The notes: generated by a model not told the origin, from the letters alone. 64,000 nucleotides of DNA from Tubulanus polymorphus (GCF_964204645.1 NC_134032.1:1422416-1486415), one strand, 5' to 3'. Numbered from the stretch's first letter, positions 40,140 to 54,662 are shown. Made by a program: numbers and translations.

Positions 40140-41342
40140 TATCTCTGCTCTCTCATCTCTCTCTCCCTCTCCCTCCCTCCCTCTCCCTCTCTCCCTTTCT
40201 CCCTCTCCCTCTCTTCCCTCTCTCCCTCTCTCCCTCGCTCTCTCCTCTCTCTCACTCTCTCTCTCCCTCGCTCCCTCACTCCTCTCTCCCTCGCTCTCAC
40301 TCTCTCCCTCGCTCTCCCTCGCTCTCACTCGCTCTCACTCTCTCTATCTCTCTCTCTCTGCAGTCCTGCAGTGCTGCCCCGCGTTAATAATCCCGTGAAA
40401 CATTGATCCACAGTTCGCAGTTCTATCGCCAGTTGGCGCTGCTAATGTGTTATGCAAATGAGATTGGTGAACCGACGAAGCGTGTGACGCGTCGGGGAGG
40501 AATACTAAAACAGCTGTGAATACTGTACCCCTTAAAGTAGATCCTGTCGTTACGGTTACTGCGCCTTTTTTCAATATCTATGTCGTCAATGTTATTGATT
40601 TAAATACTAACCAAACATTCGTTTAAAAATATCTGGTAATTCCATTGATTAATTATCAATATTCCACAAAGGTAATTAAATATCTTTCGAAAAGTAACGA
40701 ATCGCCTGGCAATATTCACGCGTAATTCCATCTATATTCTCAATGTTTTTAATTGTAATTAGAGAACTATCAGGGTCGGACGCAGTCTATTGCGTCAAAT
40801 TTATGATGTTGTTTGATATCTTCCTGGTTTATATCTACAGGTCACTCCCCTCTCGCATCCACTTGCTTTCCTCCTCCTCTCTCTCCCTCTCTCTCTGTTT
40901 CTCTCCCCTCTCACTAGCTCTCTCCTCTCTCCTCTCTAGCTCTCTCTGTTTCTCTCTCTCTCACTGGTTCTCTCTTCCTGGCGCTCTCTCCCTTCCCCCT
41001 TTCTCTGTTTCCTTCCCCTCTCACTAGCTCCCCCCTCTCCTCTCCATTTCCCCCCTTTCTCTCTCCCGCTCTCTCTCTCCCTAGCTCGCTACTCTCTTAC
41101 TGTCATTCCTCCTAGCTCTCCCCTCTGTCTATCTCACTGGTTCTCTCCCCTCTCTCTCTCTCCCCTCTGTCTCCCCTCTCCGTCTCCCTCTCTCTCTCCC
41201 CCTCTCTCTTCCCTCTGTCTCTCTCCCTGGTTCTCTCTCCTCTCTCCTCTCGCACTCCCTCTCTCCTCTACCTCTCTCCCCTCTCTGTCTCCCCCTCTCC
41301 CCCTCTCTCTCCTCTCTCTCTCTCTCCCCCCTCTCTCTGTCT
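40140..41342. repeat. Two CT-rich simple-repeat tracts (40140-40359, 40845-41342)
   Basis: Direct reading. Confidence 0.93.
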
Positions 41343-42460
41343 ACAGCCGTCAATCACGGCTACTGTGCGCGATTAATCACTCGTACAGTGGACACAACAC
41401 AAGTTAATTGGTAGCAAAGATTTCTTCCGGGATCAATTCTTCAACTGATAGAAACAAATTGTCGTAGATTAACTTCGTCGCTATTTAACGTAAACGGCTT
41501 CAATCTATTTGTTTTTAGTATCAGTGAACGATCGAGCGATCCACGCAAAATTATTCATTAAATCCTCTAAACCCCACAGGTCACCCTTAAGGTTTTACAT
41601 GTCCCTTCCACGAGGCGTTGGTACTCATTTATCTACAATCAAAGTCCGCTTCAACGTGATCCCTTTTAATACCACCGTTCGCGTAATGCCAACATCTCTC
41701 AGAGAACAAATTTGCTCAATCCATTTCAAATTCGATGAAAATGTCGTCCTTCTGCCAAATTCGTCATGCCATGTTTTTCATTTGCTTCGCTTCCTTAGAG
41801 GTTCCTGCAAGGCTCCTTTTCGGGCGCTCGAAAGAAAATTCATTTATCAACTTATTATTATTGACACCTCGTGGGCTTCCCTCGGGGCTTTACAACAACA
41901 ACTCTGGTATCACAGGCTTTACGATGCTTGGATAATATACACAAGTTATTGTCAACTCTTCCCCGAAATCCTAGAGGTTTTAACGTCTTGCACCGCACCA
42001 TCAAGAGTTCATATTTCTGTAATGTTTTCATATATGATATATGATTGCAAAGTTGATTATGATGAAATCGATAAACGAGACTTAAGATAATAAACAGTGA
42101 ATCAAATGTCGGTTTGATCGACGATTTTAAATGCTAAAAACAAATAAAATATGCGATTTATATCAGTACGAATCGGTGAAATATTCCTGCGAATTCGAAT
42201 TTCCGGGAAATCGAGAATATTCATCATCAACGCGACAAGATTATCACGTGACCGCGGGGTCGGCGGTGTCGGTCGAATCGAGGGTTGATATGGTTATAAA
42301 TCTTTTTTTCGTTTTCGAGGATATCTCCTCGGCTACCAGCGGCTTAAACTACCCCGACATATCTCTATCGGAATTCGATATAAAGCAATTTACATTACTG
42401 CGGTCCCGTCCTTAAGTGCATCAACTAGTATATATATACACTGCACGAGGAACCGTTAAC

Positions 42461-42528
42461 GCTACTGTGGCAATCGAGGATTCAATTTACAGCAAATGGC
42501 AAGCGAGCATCCACCAGGTGTCGCTAGT
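42461..42528 (+). repeat. Dispersed bipartite element family C, copy
   Basis: GCTACTGTGGCAATCGAGGATTC...CCACCAGGTGTCGCTAGT. Confidence 0.8.
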
Positions 42529-42934
42529 TGGTCTTCTGCGTGTAGATTGGCGCCTGCGAGCAGTAAGCATCGAAAACCCCAAATAAAAACACGACCCGTT
42601 TGACTTTTCAGACAGTAAGCTCCACTTATAGGTCGGTTTCTAGACCAATTTTAACACGCAGATGACACTCCCAGCTTCCCCTAATGAACCGTCGAATAAA
42701 TTTCTTATGACGGCGTAAAAAACGGTATAATATGCTTATATACATTGATACCTAGTATGAGATATTCAAGGTGTTCTGTGTTAGTCAATGCGCACTACGT
42801 CATCAATATCGACGTTTCAAAATAACAGTTGAAATTGAGAATATTGACGTTTCAAAATAACAGTTGAAATTGAGAATTTTGACGCTTATTTTGTAATTAG
42901 ATATATCTTATTTCATTTTGATCAATTTTGATTA

Positions 42935-43120
42935 TTATTTTTGAGAGGTTGTGTACTACGTCATCAATGTATTGGGGCTAGACTGGTTACCGGTCAATTC
43001 AATTCAATCTCCAATATTCATATCCAAACTAACTTTTCCTCGATATTATATGGAATATTATATCATATATTGTCGATAGCTTTAAGCAATATATGTATGA
43101 ATTTTTCAATAAACTCTTCA
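42935..43120 (-). mobile_element. Dispersed repeat family B, copy 3
   Basis: ACTACGTCATCAATGTAT...GCTAGACTGGTTACCGGTCAATTCAATTCAAT is the reverse complement of 7420-7473. Confidence 0.8.
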
Positions 43121-44377
43121 GGTTAGTATTCCATCTGACTAGGTGGGCGGCAATCGCTACGAAATCTGCCCTATTTTTGCGATGATGCTCGAAATGAATA
43201 AATGATTTTCCCGTCGCTCGCACTGGCTATGAACTCCCATAGCGGCCATCTTTATTCTGTATTGATTCGTTAGACCACTGTTATATAGTCCCCGGGGTCT
43301 CACGATGACCAGTATCTATAAAGTAGCGGACATCGTATCAAACCACTAACTCCCGCAGATTTTTATCGACATCCAAAAGTAACCATTCCTATCGATGACC
43401 ACGAGCGAAAATGTGTTGAATAATTGAAAACGATTTGATAATAAAGGAAGCAATCGCATTTTTTTTTGAATAGGTTTATTAAGATTTATGATGATTTATC
43501 ATTTTGGAATGTATGGGTGCTGCATCTTTTCTTAGAAGGTTCACGTGTCACGTACAGAGCTTATTCTTAAATAGACTATAAGCACATTATATAAGCCGCC
43601 ATTTTTTTCAATGGTCCGGTTAGTGTAGATAGTGTCATCTATGGGTTTATACAAGATTTTCTTAAATTGTCTGGCACCATACGGTGATGTTATAGAGGGA
43701 TGTATGTAGGTTCTTCTCGAATTCTCGGATATACGTGCAAAATATGACTTCAATTGGGGGTATTTAAGGAAGTTGTTCGGCTGTAATCGGTGGTAGAGAG
43801 GGTTATAGTTGATAGCGTGCTGTTTATCTCGTGTGGCAGCCGCTATCATAGCAGACGAGTAAATGGAAAGTCGATTGATTGCGCGAAGGCCTCCACGGGA
43901 CGTGAATCAAGTGATCTCGTAACCGAAACATCGCGCGTTGACCTCGGATATATCTCGTGACCTTGATCGTTATCGGTCGTCGTCGTTGCTCGCACGCAAT
44001 GCGCAATCGGGATAAACATTCGAAATAAAATACTAGCAGGAGAGAGGATTTTAGTTTTCAGATTGATCAGCTCGTTACCTCGCGTGGCAGTTTGCGAATA
44101 GATAATACGTAAAGAGTCATCGATGATAAAAACGGAAAATACAATAAATATAAATATAGCCGCCAGGCAGCGATAATGGATAGCTTAGTTACAGTTATAT
44201 GCCATGCGAAGACGTAGAAAAAATGTATTAGATATAGCCGCAAGGCAGCCATAATGGGTTCTATGTGCAGTTCCACTAAATGGAATACTGTCTCGGCTTT
44301 TCGACGCCGATGACCACAACTTCCCAAATTCACGCCCATTCTCGGTTCATTCAAACCAATTCCACTTGCGGAATCCT

Positions 44378-44486
44378 GGACCCAGTTCCACTGATCTGTG
44401 TTAAGATTGGACTCTGAGTTAACTCTTTGAAAATGAACTAAATTTAACTCAGAGTTAACTCTAACTCACAACTGTGGAACTGGATC
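44378..44486. mobile_element. ~110-bp palindromic MITE, family F
   Basis: GACCCAGTTCCAC...GAAAATGAAC...GTGGAACTGGATC; CTG/ATG flanks. Confidence 0.85.
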
Positions 44487-44785
44487 ATGAATTCCTCAAT
44501 TGCAATAGTCGAATGTGAAGTCTTCACGCATTTCTTCTTTCGTCGGTAGAAATTTTAATAACGTTCATTTTTCTTCGTCTTTTCCTAGAATGTGCCCGCG
44601 CAGGAGCCGATGATTTTAACACTAGGGGGCGTTATGTGTCTACGAAAGAAACACAGGTAGGAGGAATATAGAAAAACTTCTCGAGCATGCTTGCAAAATG
44701 ACGATATATATCAGACGGTCAAATCGACTGTTTGGGTGGGGAACTGCAGCGCCACCTATCCTGCCGGATGAAGTGACGTAAACGC

Positions 44786-44953
44786 AGGCGAACTTCGGTT
44801 TTCGGAGGTAGTCGACATTTTGCGACCGCTGGATTGAACGCTGCAGTTCGGACCTAGTTCCAATATTGCCGACACTGAAATACGTTACGACCGAGTATTA
44901 CGTTCGGTTATCGGTTCTAGCCGAGACTAACTACGACAACCGAAGTTCGGCCT
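44786..44953. mobile_element. Small MITE with ~28-bp TIRs
   Basis: AGGCGAACTTCGGTTTTCGGAGGTAGTC versus GACTAACTACGACAACCGAAGTTCGGCCT. Confidence 0.6.
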
Positions 44954-45287
44954 AGAGTTCGTTGACATTCAATCAACTGCGTTTTTAGGCTGCTGAATAA
45001 CAGGAACCCACTGAATTCATTTTTTCAACTCATTAATCGGTACTTCATATGGTTTCCATGGATAACTTATTCACAAGCGTCGGTCACCGACCAATACACA
45101 AATAGAAATCGTGTCACCCTAACATTCGAAAAAATACAATCGATCCTGTGACATAGATAAAACCAGATGGATAGTACTTTTAACTATCATTCACCTGACA
45201 AAGTACTAGTGACGCTATTAGCGAAAGCTCGTGCTTTAAACTAACCTTTAGAGTACTACTCGACGTCTCGTTGTACTAATTCTACAA

Positions 45288-45410
45288 CAGGGGTTGGTTA
45301 TATTTACAAGTATTACCTTTAACCCGGGGGGGGGGGGGCTAACTCAATTCATTTTCAATTGAGTTAACCCCCGGGTTTAAGGTAATACCAGTCCATAAAA
45401 CCGGGCCCAG
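45288..45410. mobile_element. Palindromic MITE with expanded G run in one arm
   Basis: GTATTACCTTTAACCC(G)nCTAACTCAATT / AATTGAGTTAACCCCCGGGTTTAAGGTAATAC around a CATTTTC loop like family F. Confidence 0.7.
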
Positions 45411-46821
45411 GTTAACACCAAGCTCCTCTACGATACTTTCTATAAGTGGAATTAAGAACCGATTACTGCTTTCAGAGTCACGATACCGTTTCACGACTTT
45501 TGTCGAGGAAATTTCTTTCAAGATACAATTTGTCGTAGATAAATGTCAGTGTGAATCGGCATCGCGTAGTTATTGACCACAGGTCACATTATTTCATGGT
45601 ATTCTCGTAGTCAACATTTACAAAAATGAAGCGACATGACGCGACCTTATGATGCGAAGCCATTCTGTTACATTAAATCTGAATATCTCCCGAGTTTTCT
45701 CTTTGATGTCAATAAGCCTTTTAACAGTTTCCGGGCGCCATGTTTTTTTGGGTACCCGCTGGGTCCGCATTGTTGAATTCTTTGTCCCTATTTTCACCCG
45801 TTATTCTTTTTATTTCGCTCATATCTCTGGATTGGATAAAATTAGAAACAAATGACGACGCAATGTATATTATTATTTATATCATGTTCTTTAACAAAGC
45901 AAGAAACTCCTCTGAAAATACCATTCTTTCTATAAGGCCATTGTAAGGATCACCAAACAATTCTGATGCAATTTGGTTCAATTCATATCATCAGAACCGA
46001 AGCCTCAAGGCCCACGTGACTAAGAGATAAGTTCATTCGATTTCAATCGAAGCGTAGAAATAAATTGAGCGAGTGACCACCTAGCGACAGCAGTCGGAAC
46101 TTCGCCACTGCGCTAAACATTTTTATACACCAGTGTCGTAAAGCGAGAAAGTGAAGTCTTAATCCTAGGTGTTCGAATTAATCCCGGGAGTATGTCGACA
46201 TACCCGTGTCGATGATTAAAACTACGACTATAGCGCCCCCTGGGGATGAACTTCATCATTTCCGCTGATAATTAGTCGCTTGTATTTCGTGGCAATTCTC
46301 GTCTCACAGCATGTCGTTTCGTCACTGATTCATCATTTTTTTTTTCTAAACTCGTTGTCGTCGTTTCGGCTAGCGATTATCATCGGTCTCGGGAGGCGAC
46401 GCTGATTGGACGGTTAGCGAGCGGTTACGTAACGCACCTACACGTGATCAGCGAGTGATTTTTCATTGATTTTTGTTCTCGCGAGTTTGATTGATGAGTA
46501 TCCGATGAGTATCCGGGTAAACGTCTCGCGAACCTGTTAGAACTTGTATAAGAATTTTTCTTTGCTTCTAAAAACGCGCACGACAGTCACCAGAGTCGCG
46601 CTGGTTGTTAACAGAGTCGATGCTGATGTCATCCTGTCTTTTAAGACTCTCCATCAATCGTTGTTTCTTGTTTTCCTGAAGCCGCCGCAAATCGGAAACT
46701 TTTTCTTATCTCGTTTTTTATTTTTGCTTTTAACACAAATTTGTCTCCAGGCACATATACATACGCGCCTGATTACACACTCTTTCTTCTTCCGACTGAA
46801 AAATAATCCTTTTATTTTCTG

Positions 46822-47219
46822 CCTCTCCTGGCTCTCCCTCTCCCTCTCCCTCCCCTGGCACTCCCTCCCCTGGCTCTCCCTCTCACTCTCTCTCCCTCTC
46901 CTCTCCCCCTCTCCCTCTTCCTCTCCCTCTCCCTCTCCCTCTCCTGGCTCTCCCTTTCTTGGCTCTCCCTCTCCTGGCTCTCCCTCTCCCTCTCCCTCTC
47001 CCTCTCCCTCTCCCTCTCCCTCTCCCTCTCCCTCTCCCTCTCCTGGCTCTCCCTCTCCCTCTCCTGGCTCTCCCTCTCCCTCTCCTGGCTCTCCCTCTCC
47101 CTCTCCCTCTCCCTCTCCCTCTCCCTCTCCTGGCTCTCCCTTTCCTGGCTCTCCCTCTCCCTCTCCCTCTCCTGGCTCTCCTCTCCCTCTCTCCTGGCTC
47201 TCCCTCTCCTTCTCCCTCC
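46822..47219. repeat. (CCCTCT)n interrupted by CCTGGCTCT units
   Basis: Direct reading. Confidence 0.96.
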
Positions 47220-47825
47220 AGCAGTGATTAATTTCATCAATATAAATCATTGCAGATCTACCGGCGGCGGTGATCACGTGCTCTCACTGATAATACTATG
47301 AGCTAGTTACAAGCAATCAGGCTCCGTACAAGGAATTATCAACAGCGCGGAAATAACCGCTCAAAACTAAACAGCACTAATTTGCCGTGTCTTATCACGG
47401 CGTACTGTTCATCGACACACCAGTCACCGGGGTTAATCAAAACATAACAACCTATCCGACTTTTGTTCGACTCTGTGTCGAGTCCCGTAATTGGTGCCGA
47501 ACGACACGCCGCGTTCTACCGCCGACCGGAAGTCGTACAAAGTTCTCGAACAAAATGCGAAGAGGATCGATACCGAATGAGATAACTTCCTGACTATCGG
47601 CGAGATCTCGTCAGAACCGAATACCTCTTTTGGGTACAACATGAAAAAGTTGATTGTGAACTGATTAATTGATTGATTGATCATCGATAACCTATTTATT
47701 CATCTAAACTTCAGAAAAATGTGTCCAGTTTTTGTTGAAATGGGGGACAAAATGTGCGCTTTTTTATAAAAACGGCAGGTTTGAGATTTCCTCTTGCTCT
47801 TTTTGACGCATATTTTTAAAGTTCT

Positions 47826-48072
47826 GGGTCCAGTTCCACGGTCGTGAGTTAGGATTTGACTTCTCTGAGTTAAAACATTGAAAATGAACTGATTTTAACT
47901 CAGAGTTAACTCTGACTCACAACTGTAGAACTGGATCCTGAGTTCAGAGTTAACTCTAACTCACAACTGTGGAACTGGATCCTGAGTTCAGAGTTAACTC
48001 TAACTCACAACTGTGGAACTGGATCCTCAGTTCAGAGTTAACTCTAATTCAACTCTAACTCACAACTGTGTA
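47826..48072. mobile_element. Family F MITE (47826-47938) plus tandem 44-bp copies of its right end
   Basis: CTG-flanked copy followed by two full and one partial TGAGTTCAGAGTTAACTCTAACTCACAACTGTGGAACTGGATCC. Confidence 0.9.
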
Positions 48073-49728
48073 ACCATCCAGATCTCTGTAAACAGCAGAA
48101 TTTGCCTTTTTTTACCTGTAAATACGCTCCCACCCCTGTGAGTCACACCAGTAATAACGATGTGGCTCCGGTTACGGAGTCCGTTAACGGAGTGCGATAG
48201 CTCCGGTTATGGAGTAAGGTTAGCGCATGCGCAATACAGTAAAATTCTGACTTGCAAAATTGAGATTCGAAACCAAATGGAAAAATAGTAGGCCTATACC
48301 CACTGAGCCACAGCACATACGACTAGATGCTGGATGAGTTAATTCATATTCACCTTATGTCCAGTGTAGTTTCGGAACCACCCGTGCAAAGTTCTATATA
48401 CTAGCGACGGGTCTGAGTAAGAACTAAAAACCCCATATTTTCGACTCGCCAGTAATACCAGTGAGACGCCTGTGGCTATATGTACTGTTTTTTTTATCGT
48501 GGGTCTCAGATGCTAATGAATAAGTGAGGAGTCAAGTGAGTGGATAACTTCATTTTACACACAAAGGACTCGCTGATAATATATTGCATGAATTGGACTG
48601 AATTTCCCTGGTGAATTCTGATAACTAACAGCGATACTGCCAGCACTACGAGTCCCATACACTGATGCTGTTAAATCAATACAACAGATATTATATATTA
48701 TACACATACTATAATGACTATATATATATATACGCGCATTAATACACTAAAACAACCTGCATCAAAATGATCTTCGAATTTCGTTGTAAGCCTAGACCAA
48801 GCAATGAGACTTGGGTGCTTTGTAAACATCTATTGAATACAAACTCTCCTCGAAGTTATACAAATCTTGTTCATCCATCTTCATACGCCACCAGTCTTTC
48901 GATCTCAAATCAGGCTTTGGTGCTGAAGCAATCTTAGAAAATTTGAAAAAATGGCCCTGTCTTCCTTGGTTCGGTCTTACGTTTTAGCATCGGAATTTTG
49001 TTTACGGGCGTAGATGTAACTTCACTGTGGTAGGCCTACAAAGTGTCCGGGCACCAGTCTAAATTTCCCCTCGATCGGTTGTAAGGCTCTTGGCTACATG
49101 AATGAAATAAAAAGCCGCTATTTTCAAATCGATTGCACGGACGTACTGAATGTCACACGTGACCCCGCCGATCAACCGTTGAAAGTTTTCGTCGTCTTCA
49201 CGTTCGGTAATTAGTGCAACCGTTCTGATGTTTTTCCCTCTCCAATCACGCGCGGCGCTCGGATCATAAATCGTGTCGGACGCAGAGAACTCGACTGATG
49301 CTGCTGTGAATTCCCTCGACGTCACTTTTAACTTCACACGTTAATAAAAACGTTACGTGTCAGGGTGACGGTGACGGATGACGTTCTTACGGACACGTAA
49401 CGTTGCCAGAAACGTGCGGTTGAGGCGTCAGTTGACGATTAAGTTGTCCGTTGAAGACATCACGTAGATCGTTAGAGAGCGCGGGGTCCTAAAATCCCAG
49501 GCCGTCCTGCTTCCAGAGATAGCTGCCTTCATAAATTTGCATAATATCGCGTCATCGAATCACTCGTTCTCGAATCTTCTCGAAAGATGGCGCCTTCATT
49601 TATAGCACCTTATGACGTCATCGTACAATTGTCATGTATATTTTTGGAGAAATCACTCGTGATATTTTCGATTGATTGTATGTTTAAACCGTTCAATCGT
49701 TGCTTACAGAAATCAGTGATTAATCTTG

Positions 49729-49993
<265 letters not shown>

Positions 49994-50204
49994 AGTATGC
50001 GAGTCGTGGTCGAATAAATTACACAAACCGTACAGTCCAATCAATGATTAAAACGTTCCCGGAGGACTCGTGAACAGAGACCAGTTGTCATTAATTATAA
50101 AGATTAAAACAGATTAACCGTTAAACCGGCCGATCGTGCTGTTACACTGTAAACATACCGTATTCAACTTACTGTACAGTAACTCTCAACGGGCACGAGG
50201 CACT

Positions 50205-51185
50205 AACTGACACTGGACACAGATACTCAGGACTTATTGACACTGACCATGACTGGGGCACAACTCTTACTGACACTGACCATTGTGACGAAACTAAGTA
50301 AAACTGACCATAGCGACGAGACTTACCGGTACTGACCACTAGATGCACTACTAGGGCACAACTCTTACTGACACTGACCATAGTGACGAAACTAAGTAAA
50401 ACTGACCATAGCGACGAGACTTACCGGTACTGACCACTAGATGCACTACTAGGGCACAACTCTTACTGACACTGACCATAGTGACGAAACTAAGTAAAAC
50501 TGACCATAGCGACGAGACTTACCGGTACTGACCACTAGATGCACTACTAGGGCACATGACTTACTGACGCTGACCATAGTGACGAGACTAAGTATAACTG
50601 ACCATAGCGACGAGACTTACCGGTACTGACCACTAGATGCACTACTAGGGCACATGACTTACTGACGCTGACCATAGCGACGAAAACTAAGTGGAACTGA
50701 CCATAGCGACGAGACTTACCGGTACTGACCACTAGATGCACTACTAGGGCACATGACTTACTGACGCTGACCATAGCGACGAAACTAAGTGGAACTGACC
50801 ATAGCGACGAGACTTACCGGTACTGACCACTAGATGCACTACTAGGGCACATGACTTACTGACGCTGACCATTGTGACGAAACTAAGTAAAAACTGACCA
50901 TAGCGACGAGACTTACCGGTACTGATCACTAGATGCACTACTAGGGCACATGACTTACTGACGCTGACCATTGTGACGAAACTAAGTAAAACTGACCATA
51001 GCGACGAGACTTACCGGTACTGACCACTAGATGCACTACTAGGGCACATGACTTACTGACTGACTGACCAGCGACGACACTCGGCGAAACTGGCAATAAC
51101 GACAAGACTCACTGACACTGACCGCTAGATACCATTGCTGCGTCACAAGTCTCACTGAGACTGACCAGAGTGACGAAACTGACCA
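50205..51185. repeat. 98-bp higher-order minisatellite (about 8 copies) with degenerate flanks
   Basis: Period 98-99 bp from 50304 to 50992; three CTGACCA-initiated subunits of 28, 42 and 28 bp. Confidence 0.96.
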
Positions 51186-52089
51186 CACAGCTATGGAAGT
51201 GAAAACTTCACTTTTCACTACAAAAACGTATTAGATCTGGTTAGATCTGATTAATTCAGTTCAGTACGAACCGAATTCGATCGAGCGACGCGCTTTGAAA
51301 ATTTCGATCTCTACATCGAAGAGGCGTGCTTTGTGACGTCATAAGGCGTGATTTTGTGACAAATATCTAACGTTCATTCCCGTGTCCCGCGGGAAATCGA
51401 GATTAACAACATAATATCATCGTAAATCAAACCGTTCACGTGAAGATGTAGGCCTCAGTTCGACGGATTCAGTTCGCACGTACTCCTTCAATAGAACAAC
51501 GTGCAAGCTTCACAGCAAGCATGGCCGCCTCCACATATACACCTATGACGTCATTATCTTTGATGGACTCGTTTGATGAAAGGAGAAAAGATTCATTTCA
51601 AACATAGGGAAAATACGGGAAAAACATCTCGGAATTTTATCAAGTGACCATCTGTAACGAAGTTGAGTTTTAAACGTTCATAAACAGTACAAACGCCTGT
51701 AATCGACGAGGATAAGTCGTAATGTCTTGTTGTAACTGAGGCTTGCTCGATTTGATATCGTTTTATCGACTCTACACAAAAACATTATCATCCGTATTGT
51801 CCCAGTCGAGATACCTGATATCGGTTACATAGCAATGGAGGACCGCAACACCGTTTATCCCACCAAACCGCGTGGCTGCGTCAATTTCAGTAAGCGAGGT
51901 CGGTCGAGTGAAATCAATCTAATATCTGGTCTTACCTTTGTCGGAAAAACTAGTTCATTATCAATTAATTTCGAATTAAATGTTTAGGTCCCCATACATT
52001 ATCACAGCACCTACTTATAAAAGTTGAAATAATTTTTCTGTCAAGTGAATGGAACAATTTTCATTACCAGTTAACTGTTTTTTTATTCG

Positions 52090-52198
52090 GTTTTTTATCT
52101 TAGAATAGGGATTGTCCCTGTTGTTTATTTGGTTTGTAAATTTCGTTAGATTTTTTGATTGAGTGTCCCTTACAGACCCACCACGCCTGCCGGGAGCG
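52090..52198 (-). mobile_element. Dispersed repeat family E, copy 2
   Basis: Reverse complement of 39591-39700. Confidence 0.85.
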
Positions 52199-52229
52199 AA
52201 ACTGAAATGTTGAGGCAATTGAACGCACT

Positions 52230-52282
52230 ACTAGCGATCCTGGTGGGCCAACGCGTATCGATGCCTCGATTGCCACAGTAGC
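52230..52282 (-). repeat. Dispersed bipartite element family C, copy
   Basis: Minus strand GCTACTGTGGCAATCGAGGCAT...CCACCAGGATCGCTAGT. Confidence 0.75.
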
Positions 52283-52666
52283 CTCGGAGGTTTCCGTTAC
52301 TACAATTGCTTCGGAATAAAACTCGTCGGCAATTTTCTCTTCTACTCGCTGCGACAAAGACAAATCCGCGCGACGCTCGATCAATTATATCAACTTATAG
52401 AATCCGCGACATCGAGAATCGAATTGTGGATAGAAATTCGAAACTCGATCGCAAATTGCCTGAGATGAGTTTCGTCGAGAATTGTCTCGATACCGACAGT
52501 AAAACAGCGAGCTGTCTATTGCTGATTATCAGCGCTGATAATCCGTGGTTTAATCTATATTGTTACAGCGCTCATCAATCAGTGGTTGATAGTGTAGGTT
52601 CGGACCGGCAGACGAGATGACCGCAGCGCTGCCGCCCGCTGCGATAACATCTCTCAAACACAAACA

Positions 52667-52934
52667 ACTCTCTCCCTCTCTCTCCCTCCTCTCTCTCTCT
52701 CTCTCCCTCTCCCTCTCCCTCTCTCTCCCTCTCTCTCCCTCTCTCTCACTCTCCCTCTCCCTCTCCCTCTCCCTCTCCCTTTCCCTCTCCTCTCCCTCTC
52801 CCTCTCCCTCTCCCTCTCCCTCTCCCTCTCCCTCTCCCTCTCCCTCCCCTCTCCCTCTCCCTCTCCCTCTCCCTCTCCCTCTCCCTCTCCCTCTCCCCTC
52901 TCCCTCTCCCTCTCCCTCTCCCTCTCCCTCTCTC
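52667..52934. repeat. (CCCTCT)n/(CT)n microsatellite
   Basis: Direct reading. Confidence 0.97.
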
Positions 52935-53463
52935 AAATCGATAAGGCCATTCTACATATTCCACGGAACGCTATAAAACTCAAGTCACTGATTTGTTGAT
53001 TAGTTTTCGACCTGACTCGATGACGTCATTGGACTTCGCAAGGTCATCGACTTCAATAACATCTCGGAATCGAGAATGAGTCGTAGTTGAATAAACGATG
53101 AATGATGATAGATGTTAATAATCCTCAAACCTGCCCCTATAGGATCCGAGAATATGAATAGATAAGTCGCTTAGTTAGAGGAATGAGTGTAAATGTTAGA
53201 GGAAGATCGCGGTAAAACCGATTAGAAATTTCGCAAAGTGACACGTTTCAATTAAACCGATTTCGAGTCGTTCCGTGATGGTAAAACAAAAACACTTCTA
53301 AAGGTAGAATCTTGCCCGGAGCCATCCTCTTATTCCCCGCCACTTAATCTCAACTTTCCTCGAGCACTATTTATTATCATATTAAATGAATAGCTTTTCT
53401 TTTTGCTTTGAAATTTGATCGAATTTCTTCCGAGATTTTGCAGTCGTTTTGGAAAATGGTGTC

Positions 53464-53687
53464 GAAATATTCTCTCAGTTTTTTTTCACAATAATTGTCG
53501 GACAATTATCGTCAGATTTTTCTTCAATTATTTTAACACTGTCACTTGTCTGTGGAAACCAAATTGCACAATTATAATCAAGATGAAATGAAATATTCTC
53601 TCAATTTTCTTCATAATTGTCGGATTTTTCAATTATCTTAGCACTGTCACGTGTCTGTGGAAACCAATTGCAATTATCATCATGATT
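53464..53687. repeat. Diverged direct duplication (~125 and ~97 bp)
   Basis: GAAATATTCTCTCA...ATAATTGTCGGA...CACTGTCAC.TGTCTGTGGAAACCAA occurs twice. Confidence 0.85.
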
Positions 53688-54300
53688 AAGAGAAACACAT
53701 AAAATTCTACCTTAAACAAATGAAAATTCTATCGAAGAAATATCTTTGAACTATAACTAGTCGAAATCAGTGGAGTCGCCATAGCTTGATAATTTTTAAA
53801 TGACTTATTATCCAAATGATATCTTTAACTTAATTGATTGAATCAGGACTCCAATGTAGCGACGACTTCAGTCACGTGACGAATTTTTAGATGGTGACTT
53901 GAGAACATTTTGTGTATCTTTCTTTGGCGATGAAAAATCACCAGAAAACATTATCGGGACGGCTCCGTATTGATGAAAATCTTCAGCGCACATTCATCAA
54001 TGACACCGATAAGAAACCAGTCCAACACATGCAGTAAACATGCAGTTAAAAAACCGTTTTTGATTAGAATGTTGACAGCGACTGTCAACAGTTTTGTCAC
54101 GTCTCCCGCGGGCAATCTCGCTTCTAGATTTGACAGGGCAAAAACTAGTGAAATATTTCATTGAATTTCATTTAGAATAAGTGAATATCAGTAATGACTA
54201 CTTCGAATTGAGTCTCGGAAAATTCGCGGCTGTTAATGAAATATACACGAGTTCACTGTCGATATTTACATTCAATGTTCGGTGTTTTCATTGCCAACAA

Positions 54301-54420
54301 CCAGTTCAACAGTTGTGCTTTTCTACAGATCAACAGTTGTGCTTTTCTACAGATCAACAGTTGTGCTTTTCTACTGTTCAACGGTTGTGCTTTTATACAG
54401 TTCAACAGTTGCGCTTTTCC
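54301..54420. repeat. 24-bp minisatellite (5 copies)
   Basis: CAG(T/A)TCAACAGTTGTGCTTTTCTA. Confidence 0.92.
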
Positions 54421-54662
54421 AGAATCCATTGTTCAGCAGTTTCATAGTGTTGTGCCGTTCCACTGTTCTACAATTGCGTTGTTCCACAATTGTGATCATC
54501 CACAGTTCCAGCCGTTCTGCAGCGATATTATCATAGCCCGCAATAAAGTGGAGTCGGCATGTAAGTCCAGGCGTCCGTCCATCCACCCGTCCGTGTAGTA
54601 AATGTTCTGCGGACTCCTGATTCTATTATATAGTTCGGGTTGTATTTAGATTAAACTCAGGT

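Noticed and set aside
41509-42090. 193-aa ORF
   Set aside because: Non-ATG start, no recognisable domain, protein composition looks random.
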